In this document: piece by piece, positions 34,605-45,136 of the stretch
How the letters are laid out: the number at the start of each line of letters is the position of its first letter
How positions within the stretch are numbered: the stretch's first letter is position 1
DNA from: Thraustochytrium aureum
Taxonomy: Eukaryota
DNA length: 64,000 nucleotides
Assembly (NCBI GenBank): GCA_012862495.1
Contig: BLSG01000375.1
Span: 62,001 to 126,000 of the forward strand
Direction: 5' to 3'
Program-made: the position numbers and the translations under genes
Notes under the pieces: model-generated
Seen by the model: only the letters and a program-made list of their open reading frames with translations
What the model was told of the DNA's origin: nothing
Databases searched by the model: none

Positions 34605-37600
34605 ATGAGCAGCGGCTCGAACGAGGGTCCTGCCGAGGAGGAGACAAAGTCCGAAACTAGCTCACATTCGTCGAGGGCAAAGAGTTCATGCGTCGACAAC
34701 AGCGTCTTGCACGGCCAAAACGCCATCTACATCGACGAAGACCAAGCAGATGAAGACGAAGTCGAGGCAGCAGAGGACGCCGACGAGGACGAGGACGAAG
34801 ACGACGACGAGGAGGACGACGAGGAGGAGGACGACGACGATGACTCCACCTCCGTAGATGAAGCAGGCCCGGCGTCGCCGAAGTGCAAGCCGGTCGAGGC
34901 GGCGGCAGCCAGCTCAAGCGCCCAAGCAAAACACATGCCGACGTGGAAGCCGGGGATCAAGCGAGTCACGAGCAAATCGCAGCGCGTGGCGCGCGCCGTC
35001 GAGGAGAAGCGCGACAGGGACATCCTACATCTTGTTGTCGCTGTGCCTTGGATTCGGGTTTGCGATCCTCCTCGGGCTGTTTCCAACCTCGACGCAGCGC
35101 GTGGGTTGGGCCGCTGCGTGGGTGGCGATTCTCGCCATTTGCTACTTGTACACCCCCGCGCGCTCGGTTGGCTCCTGTCCACTTTGGTGACAAACCTTGC
35201 CCTCCATGGGTACCCGTTCTCGGTGGACACGCTTTCGCTCAGCCCTTGGGTTCACCAAGGCAAGCTGCACGTTCGAGTCTGCGCGCACAAGATCGGGTTT
35301 GCCAACCCCAAAGGTTTCCCCCACAAGTGGTTTGTCCAGTGCGGCCGCCTCGAGCTCGTCCTGGCGATGCCCCTGAGCAAGATCCCAAGCCTCCTTCTGA
35401 TGAGGCGGACCAAGGTCCATCTCAAAAAGGTTCCAGACTTTGCCTGCGTGGCCATCTTGGACGTGCCTTACCTCACCTTTGACGGGGTCTCGGTCAACTT
35501 TGAGCTCTGCGACGGCAAGTTCAACATCAACGAGGTGACGCAGGAGCTGGCGGAGCGCGAGGTTCTCGCTTACTTGCTCATGGAAGACCGCAAGGCTCGC
35601 CTTCGCAAGCTCGCACCGTCCGTGCTGCAAAGCATTTATGCGTGGAGGTCGCGCATCTCCGCCTGGCCGGCGACTCTGTGGCGCTCGCCGCAAGAGATCT
35701 CGGCAATCGAGCCTGCCGAGCCCAGTTCACCTGCCAGCCTCGCGGTGGCTCCAGAACTGGAGCGGATCACGTCGAGCGGGCGATTGGGCTTTGTGGGGGA
35801 CATCAACTGGACCCCCGTGCTCGCTGCTGGCAAGTCGATACAGCGCTCGGTTTCCAAGCGCGTGACGAAAATCTGCAAGGTGCGATCGCTCGGCGGCTTG
35901 GACCCGCTGCCCGCCCGCCTGCCGGATGGCGTTTCAATCGGGGACCATGGCGCGACTGGGTTTCAGCTCCGGACCCGATCGGCCTCGTTCAGCGACATCT
36001 ACACTGCAACAAAGCCCCAGGTTGAGTTTTCCGGCCGCGCTCAAGACGACGTCGACCTCGCGCGGACGCTGTCACGCGTCGCATCAGAGCGTCGGTTGGG
36101 GATCTCGCCTTTGGAGCATCGACGCCGACGATCGAGCCGCCTCAGTTGGACGATAAACCTCCTGGTAAAGGCCCCACACAGACTTTCGGCGCGACTAGCT
36201 AGCTCCAGAGCTGCCGAGCAATCGTCAGGCCTTCACGCTGGCGCAACGCTTGGCCTCGACTCGCCTCGAAACCCACGACTGGACCCTGCAATAGGAGCGG
36301 CGGCACGACTCAGGCCTGCAAGCACAGCCCCAGCAGCTGGCCCAGCTCCTGCTGACGCTGCTGTGTCATCACCAACGCCATATCNNNNNNNNNNNNNNNN
36401 NNNNNNNNNNNNNNNNNNNNNNNNNNNNNNNNNNNNNNNNNNNNNNNNNNNNNNNNNNNNNNNNNNNNNNNNNNNNNNNNNNNNNNNNNNNNNNNNNNNN
36501 NNNNNNNNNNNNNNNNNNNNNNNNNNNNNNNNNNNNNNNNNNNNNNNNNNNNCTTTTCGCCGCAAAGCTGGCTTGGCAAAGCAGGCCTTAGCAAGAGGAT
36601 GCGGCCTTTGGCAACAACTACCGAGGGCCCTGCGAACCCCGTGGCAGGGACCACGGACGGAGTGGCGGCGGCAGCAACCCCATCCGCTTCGCTCGCTGCT
36701 GCTCCAGCGGCCGAAGTCGAGCGCAACCCTGTTTTGCAGCTTCCCAATCGCCTTGAAATTGCAATCGTGCGTGCCAAAGGGCTCATTGCCAAGGACCGCA
36801 ACTTTTTTTACTGGGCGTCGTACAGCGGACCCCAAAGTGGTGATCAAGCTGCGCGACCAACAGGGCGTGACCAGGACCCGCTACAACACAACGCTCCCCA
36901 TGTGGGACGAAGTGTTTGCGTTTCACGTCTCGGATCCTAGCACCGTGCTGCACATCTCCGTGATGGACGAGGACTTTGCCAACGACGACTTTCTCGGACA
37001 GTGGATCATGACGCTAAAGTACCTGGTCCTCGACCCCAGGTACTGCTACTACAACGAGGATGGGTTCCAGGTCCAGCGCGACGCGGCAAACGACGTTACG
37101 ATCAAAGGCTGGTTTCCCCTGATGAGCAAGCGCTGGCAGAGTCTCGGGGAGTGCGGCGAGATCGAGATGCGCATCCGCTGGTCGTTCGACGGGGACCTTC
37201 CGCTGCGCTACTCGCCGCCCCCTCGATCCGCTTTGGTGAACCTGGACTCTAACAGTCGTGAAACGCAGCTAAGACTGGGCGACAAGGAGCGCGTCATGCG
37301 AATGCTGAACCGCATTCCTGTTCTGTTCAACATCCAGCGCGTCACGATGCACAGCATTCACTTTTACTTGCAAGACCTCTTCCGAGGTACCAAGGGCCAC
37401 GCCGAGCGCCTCCGCAAGCTCGGCAAGAGCAGCGACAAGGCGAGCAAGATCAACATTCCCTCGCTCGAATGGCGCAGCGCCTTCCGGCCGCGCAAAAACG
37501 AGCCGGGGATCACGATTTACGACATACTCTACTCGTTCTTCATCAGGGGCCTGCTCCCAAAGGTGTTCAACCAAAACATTCTCAGCAGCGCGCTGTCCCA

Positions 37601-38362
37601 AACGGCGGCCGGGTTCGCCGTCAACTTGGCCGCCACGGCCGGGTCTGTCTTGCGCGGCGAGCGGGACTTCACCAAGATGTTCCAGGTCAAAGTGCCTCTT
37701 GGTAGCCAGCTGCGCACTGTCGCCCGACACGTCAAGAAGAAGCTGCGGCGCGAAGAGGACGGGACCCGAGTCAACGCGGAAGACGAGGAGTTTCTGCTGC
37801 TGTCGACGCACGAGGGCATATTGGAGAAGAGCACCGTGTCGAAGCGCGCCGACATGGCCAAGGGCGGCAGCGCGGCCGCAAAGTCGGTCAAGTTGTGCTT
37901 GTTCCAGCTCAAAGGGCGGTCGCTCTTCTACACTCCGCTGGAAGGCTCGCAGGCGAGGAAGATTCTGGTGCCCGAGGTGCAGCTCATTTCGCTCGACCGC
38001 AAGAACGATGCCATATACGTCCACAGGCACCAGAAGATAACCGTCCTGCGCGTTCCCGTGCAGGACGTGGAAGGGACCCAGCGCGCTCTGCAGCTGCGCT
38101 ACGTGGCGCGCCAATCGGGGGGGCAAAGACTGCTGTCGCGCTCGGCGTCGGCCCCGTCGCCCGCACAGCAGCCGCAGGGTCCGGTGCTGTCCCCGCTCTC
38201 CCCATCGCCAGGGTCGCCGCGGCTGGGCAGCGTCCGCGGGGTCAACCAAGCCTTAACAGATGGCCTTGCTCTGCAAGGACCGGCCAGTCGCGCGAGGCTC
38301 AGCTTGAGCGGTGGTTTGACGAGCTCAAGGCCATCGGAGTCAACCACGCGATCCTCTCGTAG
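34605..38362 (+). CDS. TM-anchored AsmA-like + C2 + PH protein (about 4 frameshifts, one gap)
   Basis: Acidic N-terminus; two TMs in the alternate frame 35020-35160; IGFANPKGF..FDGVSVNFE..FNINEV; C2 domain (LEIAIVRAKGL..ADPKV..PMWDEVF..VMDED..DDFLG); PH-like C-terminus (EGILEK..FQLKGRSLFY..LERWFDEL). Confidence 0.75.
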
Positions 38363-38591
38363 ACGCAGACGCTGCAGCAGGTTGTGGGTCGCGTCGCACG
38401 TGCATGGCTTGCTTGGTATTGACTGCTCGCGGGCGGGCGGGCCCGAGCGGCGAGCGCATAAAGAGTCGCGTAGCACCACAGGCCAAATGCAACTCATATT
38501 ACCCCTGTGTTTTGGAGCCGCCACTGCCGCGCTCGCTTGAGCGCGGGCAGCTGCCAATGCTTGCTTGAACGCTCCGCGGACCAGTCTGCGC

Positions 38592-41387
38592 TCACGGCCA
38601 AGCCGGCATGGCCGCAGCGGACCTCGTCGTTGCTGTTCTGCCCCAATGCATCAAGAGCTGCCTTTCGACCTGGTCTTGTCGCTCCACAAGACGACCGAGC
38701 AAGGCGATGAGCACAATCGTGCCGATCAGGAGAGCGCCAAGTAAGGCGGCAGCGACAAGGAGGGCCACAGGCTGCGCGGCGAGTTTGTTGGTCCCGTCGT
38801 CGAGCACTTGGACGGGGCTCCCAGCTAACAGTGCTTCGAGCGGCGCGGGCACGTCGCGCGCCGCCTCTGCAGCGGCCGCGTCGCGCTCCGCAACTTGCTG
38901 CGCAGCCTCTCGCTCCGCCCGTTTGCGCTCTACAAACTCGTTCAAGACGCCGACCCACGCCCCGCGATGGTACCGCGTCAGCTCGCGAGTCGTGGCCATG
39001 GAGATCGCCATTTTGAACATGGTGGGCTCCAGAAAGAGCATCTCCTGTGTGAGAACGAGCCGCGACTCTGGCGCCTCGGCCGTCCCCGCCGCGGGCTGTA
39101 GCACGATCCGTGTGAGCGTCTTGAAGCATTGGCCGTAGGGCACCTGAGGGTTGGCCGTCACTTGATCGACATGGTACCCCTTGCCGGCGACATACTGCCG
39201 GATGCACTGCTCCACTTGCGCCATGTTCGGCGGCAAGAGGCCCTTCCTGGGCAGCCGGTAGGACATGAAGCGGCTGGCGCCAACCTGCACAGCGGGCGCC
39301 CAAGGGCCGCGTTGCACTTTGGTGACCGCGTCCTTCGCAAACACTTCCGCTTGAAACTCGTCAGAAACGAACAGCGCGTCGAACAGCGCGTCCACGTCAA
39401 GCTTCACGGTGATGTCAAGCAGGGTATTCTTGTACGGCTCTGGCTTTGTGAAGATGCCTGGATCGGCTGGCAGCTTCGGTGAAGGCGGCAAGACGGAACT
39501 AGACACTGGAGCTGCTGCTCTCTCTGGCGTTGTCGGCGAGCCCGAGCCCAAAGTCCTGTCCTCGCCCTGCGTCGCTGCTGTTTGCGCTGGTTCAGCTGGC
39601 TTGTCTGTGAGGAGAGACGGCGTTTCCGGCCCGACAGGCTGTAGCTTGGTTGCTGTCTCGCCGCGAGCTGGAAGAATCCCTCCGAGGCGCTTCTTGGCAG
39701 ACTTGTGTCCATGCTTTTTCATCGAGGCGACTTGGCCCAGGCGCTCGAGCACTCCCGCTGGGCTATCGCACGAGGAAATGACACGCCGAAAGGCGGCGAC
39801 CCAAAGCGCTCGCTGTGCGCTTGTCTCGGCGTTGAACGCCCGGGCCGAGCGCTCGCCCGAAAGGTGCAGGTAAAAGAGGCCAGGGCGCTCTTCCGAGGCG
39901 CGCGAGTCGTCGACAAAACACTCGTTGTCGAGCGGCTCAAGGTGCATATCTGGCGGGGTGCGAGGAAGGGCGCCCTGCGCGTAGGTAAACGGCGAGTGGG
40001 ACCCGTCCCGCGCGCGGAGCAGCACGGCATAGGCGACCCGAAGGTTGTCGATCACGTACGGCGAATCGGCGTCCGGGTTGGTCGCGCCGTCATCTCCGGG
40101 CTCGCCGCTGGCGTTGACGATGGCGGCGAAGCGGAGGCGCCAGTTCCTGTCCTTTTTGGAAGACGAGCAGACCCCAAGCCAGCCCTCATGCACGATGCGG
40201 GTCGGCGCGAACGACTCGCCTTTAGGGCTCATGGGACGGGGCAGGCGGCGCCGGACCCGGACCCATTTTCGGCGGCGCACTGAGCTGCGCCCCCCCTCCT
40301 CTAGCTGAACGGTGCCTCTTGCCAAGTCGCTCTCCAAGCCGCTCGTCGAGCTCCCATACTGCCAGCACTCCCCGACTCCGGTCGGCGAGTGACCAGCGAC
40401 TTTGAAAAGCTCCACGGGCTCCCAGCCACGCGGAACTTGCCGGTCAAGCGCAGCTATGCTCTGTCCAAGAAGCGCGTTGCCTACAGAGTCTGTCAGGTAC
40501 TTATCGGCACGGACCCAGCCTGACGTTGAGGACTTGCGTTCGTTTTCCCAAACGTGGTCTACGCGAAATTCGTTCAAGTCGAGGCCTGCGTCGGCCGCCG
40601 CACTGGCAAGGTCGAAACGGACGACAAGCGACTCGCATCGCGGCTTTAAAGCCACTTCCTTGGCCGGCTCCGCTGGCACAGCCGGCTCAACCGCCTCGAG
40701 GTCGGACGCGTCAGGCGCCTCCCCCATAGACCCTTCCAAGCGACTCTTGTACGCCGAGAAGAGCCCGCGCCGGCGCACGCTAGCGTCCCGGCGCAGTCGC
40801 AGCGCTCGTGCCACCTTGTACGCGGCATAGCCCCGCCACGCGCGCTGCACGCAGATCATGGCTGACTCCACATCACGTTTGAGGACCTCAAAGCCGGCCT
40901 TGTCAAAGAGCCCAGTTCGGTGCCGCAACAGCGCGACCCACCGAGCGGCCAGCTCGACGGCTTTGTCTTCGTCAAGCACTCGAAACTCGATGGCGCGAAC
41001 CTGCGAATCGAGGCCATACTCGAGGGCGAAGCATCCGCGGCCAGGTCGAGTGGCGACTTGGCGTATCGTGTCGAAGGCCACGCTCGCCTCGACTTCGCGA
41101 CGGTCTTTCGCCTTGCAGATCTCAAACCTCTGCATGGCCTCGTTAACTTGGCAGAAGTTGTGCCGCCACAGCTCCTCGGCAGTCCGAATCTTGAGGGCTT
41201 TGGCGAGCGTGCGTTGGAAGTTCATGCGCTTGACGCTGAGCCAGCCTCCCACGAGGCGTTCTTCGCCGTCCTTGCTCCATCGCAGCCCGAACGAGTCAGA
41301 CCCATTGCCACCAACCACGACGCGCCGCAGCAAGCCGAGCGCGCGCTCTTCGACGGCCAGCTGTGCTGGTGTCGGGTCCTCCGACAT
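38592..41387 (-). CDS. PH + IQ + DysF + PH + VASt(StART-like) + C-terminal TM protein (may extend into upstream gap)
   Basis: PH (GGWLSVK..ARWVALL); IQ (VQRAWRGYAAYK); DysF (WENER..GW..WQYG..VRRRKWVRVR); PH (HEGWL..WRLRF..FNAET..WVAAF); VASt (LFDALF..W..RFMSY..VPYGQCF); hydrophobic C-terminal anchor. Confidence 0.85.
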   Translation of the reverse strand: MSEDPTPAQLAVEERALGLLRRVVVGGNGSDSFGLRWSKDGEERLVGGWLSVKRMNFQRTLAKALKIRTAEELWRHNFCQVNEAMQRFEICKAKDRREVEASVAFDTIRQVATRPGRGCFALEYGLDSQVRAIEFRVLDEDKAVELAARWVALLRHRTGLFDKAGFEVLKRDVESAMICVQRAWRGYAAYKVARALRLRRDASVRRRGLFSAYKSRLEGSMGEAPDASDLEAVEPAVPAEPAKEVALKPRCESLVVRFDLASAAADAGLDLNEFRVDHVWENERKSSTSGWVRADKYLTDSVGNALLGQSIAALDRQVPRGWEPVELFKVAGHSPTGVGECWQYGSSTSGLESDLARGTVQLEEGGRSSVRRRKWVRVRRRLPRPMSPKGESFAPTRIVHEGWLGVCSSSKKDRNWRLRFAAIVNASGEPGDDGATNPDADSPYVIDNLRVAYAVLLRARDGSHSPFTYAQGALPRTPPDMHLEPLDNECFVDDSRASEERPGLFYLHLSGERSARAFNAETSAQRALWVAAFRRVISSCDSPAGVLERLGQVASMKKHGHKSAKKRLGGILPARGETATKLQPVGPETPSLLTDKPAEPAQTAATQGEDRTLGSGSPTTPERAAAPVSSSVLPPSPKLPADPGIFTKPEPYKNTLLDITVKLDVDALFDALFVSDEFQAEVFAKDAVTKVQRGPWAPAVQVGASRFMSYRLPRKGLLPPNMAQVEQCIRQYVAGKGYHVDQVTANPQVPYGQCFKTLTRIVLQPAAGTAEAPESRLVLTQEMLFLEPTMFKMAISMATTRELTRYHRGAWVGVLNEFVERKRAEREAAQQVAERDAAAAEAARDVPAPLEALLAGSPVQVLDDGTNKLAAQPVALLVAAALLGALLIGTIVLIALLGRLVERQDQVERQLLMHWGRTATTRSAAAMPAWP

Positions 41388-41925
41388 GGAGCTCGTGGCA
41401 ACGTCCAAGAAATGTCCCCACTCGGCCTGCGCGTGCGAAGCGCGACANNNNNNNNNNNNNNNNNNNNNNNNNNNNNNNNNNNNNNNNNNNNNNNNNNNNN
41501 NNNNNNNNNNNNNNNNNNNNNNNNNNNNNNNNNNNNNNNNNNNNNNNNNNNNNNNNNNNNNNNNNNNNNNNNNNNNNNNNNNNNNNNNNNNNNNNNNNNN
41601 NNNNNNNNNNNNNNNNNNNNNNNNGTTCGGCCTGCGGGACGGCGGGGATGGGCGGGACGGGATTTCCGCGCGGTCAGCGCGCGCCCACCGACCGGTGTTC
41701 GCGCACTCTCGGCCGCGCGTCGCGCGCTCGTGGAGGTCCCCTTGCTAGCGTGCGCCTCGCGGCCGAGCAGGGCCCAGCGCGCAGCGAGCAACGAACGCGG
41801 CCCTCGCTCACTTGACCAAGCGAGACTGCTGCTGCCGCAAACAAGTAGCTCTTGCCGTTCACAGCGGCAGCGCTGATGGCCAGCCAGGCGCTCGACGGGC
41901 GGCCGATCGAAGTGCGCTTGCCCGG

Positions 41926-42004
41926 GCGGCGTTCGTGCCGGTGTTCGCGACGGCGTTCTTGCCGGTGTTCGCGACGGCGTTCTTGCCGGTGTTCGCGACG
42001 GCGC
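41926..42004. repeat. 24-bp tandem repeat GCCGGTGTTCGCGACGGCGTTCTT (about 3 copies)
   Basis: Directly visible near-perfect copies. Confidence 0.9.
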
Positions 42005-42898
42005 CCAGGACGCCAACGGAAGAGTCTTTTGGACGCTCAGGCTGTTGCCATTCGCGGAGTCCCTGCGAGGCACCGACCAGAGCGAGCCTTGATGGCCGCT
42101 CGACTACGCCGTGACGTGAGTGGGCGTGAGTGGGCTTGACCATTGTCCGGGAGCTTGTGCGACTCGAGAGTGCATGTGTGAGTACGCGAGAGTGTGTCCT
42201 GGAAGGAACTCGGCTGCCAGCTCGTTCAGCTGCGCAGCCTGTTCCTTGGCACCAAACCCGCATCAGCCAGTCGACTGGCAGGCAACGCTCAGAGCTCTGT
42301 AATTTCCATCGCAAGTTTGCAGCAGGTGCAGAGCGCGTCAAGATGGCCGCCATTGACCGAGCTGGCTGTGGACGTCAATGAGTCGACTCGTCAAGCACAT
42401 CAGCTTGTGGACACGGCCAGACGGGCGACCTGACCTGGTCCTCTGCGGCCAACAGGACATCATCATCGTCCAACCATCCAACCATCCATCCATCCATCCA
42501 TCCCGCAGCACCAGACAGAGCCATTGCATCGCCCAGACGCGATGGGCGAGTTGAGCTCGAGGGCCTCGCCCTCCCTCGAACGACGAGCACGAAAGCCACA
42601 GCCAGCCTGCGCCTTGTCTGCAGGCAGCAGGACATCGCCCCGCGCCCCGCGATCGATCGCTGCCGCAAGGACTCGGCCGGCGGCGCCGATGCAGGCGAAC
42701 GATCATCAACGACCTTTCGGGCTGGCCGAGATCGCCTTCGTTCGTCCTATCCCAACGTGGCTGCCAAGTCAAGTCGCGCAATCCGCAGACCCGCATCTTC
42801 CGCGAAGGCTGTCCTCCCTGAGAGCAGACGGGCGCGGCGCTCGCAGGGGGGTCTGCCAGCAGGACGCCGCGCGAGCTGGGCTGGCGACGGCGAGGTCC

Positions 42899-42953
42899 GA
42901 GCGAGGTTTGCGCGGGGTTTGCGCGGGGTTTGCGCGGGATTTGCGCGATTTTT
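42899..42953. repeat. 11-bp tandem repeat TTTGCGCGGGG just upstream of the ATG at 42989
   Basis: 4-5 imperfect copies. Confidence 0.75.
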
Positions 42954-42988
42954 GAGCCGCGAAGCGCAAAGACTCCGGGCTTGCTGCG

Positions 42989-45038
42989 ATGGCGCTCGGG
43001 GAGCACAGGGAGTACCAGGAAGGGACGCTCGAATGGCTTGTCAAGTTTCGCAAGTGAGTTTGGGCGGCGGGGCGGCGTGGGAGGCGGGGGCCGGCGCGCT
43101 GACCGACGGACGGACGGGCCTGTGACGCGCCCACTGCAGCCCCTTTGGGGAGCGAGGGCAGATCGCCATGGAGCCGAGCTTTCTCTCGAACGAGCTCGAG
43201 TTCGTCGTGGTTGCGCTTCTCACCTACATGCACGCGCACCGGCACGGCGGCAGGTACCTCTGGCTCTGGTGGACCACGATCATGCACGGGCTCACGACCG
43301 AGTGCGTGAGCTACTGGTCCGAACCCATCGACAACTTTTGGCACTCGCAAAGCACGTTTATGTTCTTTGGCCAGCGTGAGCCGATCCACATCATCCTGCT
43401 CTGTAAGTCGGCGCTTGCAGTCCGCCAAGTTTTGAAACCAGCGCGGCCCTGACCCCTTCGCAGACCCCGCGTTTGTGTACACTGCGTCGGTAGCCGTCTA
43501 CCGGCTCGGCATCAGCGAGCTGTCAGGAGCCTGCGCGGTTGGTCTCTTCGCCGTGCTGTTCGACCTGCCGTACGACGTGGTTGGGGTCAAGCTCCTGTGG
43601 TGGACCTGGCACGACACGGACGCCAACATCCGCGACCGCCATTACTGGGTGCCCTGGACCTCGTATTACTTTCACATGACCTTTGCCTGCGCCTTCGACC
43701 TGATCTACCAGCGCGCGCGGCGCTACTTTGTTGGGATCTCGGGCATGTACAGCGCGGACGAAATCCAGCGCATGCCCTACGCGCAGCAGCGGCTCGCCCA
43801 CAACTGGTGGGGCGAGTTTAAGGCCTCGCTGGTGACCGGCCTCTTCGCCATGCCCTTTGGGATCGTGCAGTTTGTCCCCGGCTACCACTTCTTCAAGGAC
43901 GTCTTTGAGGTCCACGCCGAGGTGACCACCATTCTCCTTGCCGTGACCTACTCGCTTGTCCTCTTTTACGGGCTGATGCACGGCCGCCCAGTCAACGTGC
44001 GCGAGCAGGGCGAGCGCGAGGAGCGCCGCGGAGACAAGAAGGGGGGCAAGGGCCGTTGGTACATCGACGAGGTGTACCTGGCAATGTGCATCCACTACCT
44101 CCACTACGTCGTGCTCGTCATCATCGCCGACCCGGGCAGCAAGCAGGTCCTCGGCCTGCACCAGACGATGGGCTCGGCGCCCGGCTCTGGCGACGAGTTT
44201 GACTGCTTGCAGACGCGCAACTTGACCTACCCGTACCCGCTCACGCTGGGCGCGTTTCCGCCCTTTCGCCACGACGTTCTCCCCAACGTCACGGTGTGGA
44301 AACGACCCTACCTTTGCCCTGGCGGCGAGCTCATGGACGAAAAGTACATGGACTTTACCTGCGCCAGAGCGCGCGAGCAGGCCTGGGAGCCCGGGAACCA
44401 GTGGTTTTGGATCTGTGGCACGGACTGGGCAGACGGGTCGGGCCTGAGTCACATCGAGTACATCCTCGTCGTGTGGGGCATTTGCTTTGTGGGCTTTAAC
44501 GCTTACACCCAGGCGCTCTGCTACCCGCGCAACGCTTGGGAGCAGTTTGTCCAGCTGCGCGAGTTTCCCCGCTACTACAAGACCGCGGCCCCGGAAAAGG
44601 TTGTCACCAACATCGAGGGCGACCGGTTGGGCGCCTCTGGCAGCCAAGAGTTTAAAGTCACCAAGGCGCGTTTTGACGGCTCGGGTCAGGAGACTGTGTG
44701 GGAGGAGCGCTCGGAACTCGTGCAAGACAGCGTCGGCCAGGTTTACGGGAGCGCGGCGCACTGTATGGTATGTGCCGGACACGTACGGCGGGAGCACGCG
44801 CGACCGCCTGCGCGTTTACGACAGCCGCAAGCACGCCCTGGAGCGCCTCAAGCTTGCGGACGACGCCTACTATGGAAAGCGGACGCCGGTGGCCGGTATA
44901 AGCTACGAAGGTGCTGTGCCGCGCCCAGCAGGGCCGGTGCTGACGCCGCAGACGAACGGTGGCCCGCGCACGGGGCCGGTCTCCATGAGCTCGGGCGCCA
45001 CCGTGCGCCAGCGCGCGCGGGCGTCACAGGCCAACTAG
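42989..45038 (+). CDS. Multi-pass membrane protein (DUF7802-like) with chromo-like C-terminal segment; introns 43054-43139 and 43403-43463; frameshift near 44750
   Basis: Both introns (GTGAGT..CAG, GTAAGT..CTGAC..CAG) splice in frame, giving KFRNPFGE and ILLYPAFVY. Motifs HGGRYLWLW, IDNFWHSQ, DLPYDVVGVKLLWWTWHDTD and VPWTSYYFH. Family name is from recollection. Confidence 0.8.
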
Positions 45039-45136
45039 GACTCTCGCGGGCGTCAAAAGCCGACTGAAGCTCTATTGATGAAAAAAACGAAAAGGTACCG
45101 CCCAACAATCTATCTATCCGCGCCCTCAGCCGCGCA

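Noticed and set aside
42338..42355. YY1-like CAAGATGGCCGCCATT
   Set aside because: Single occurrence; YY1 is an animal factor
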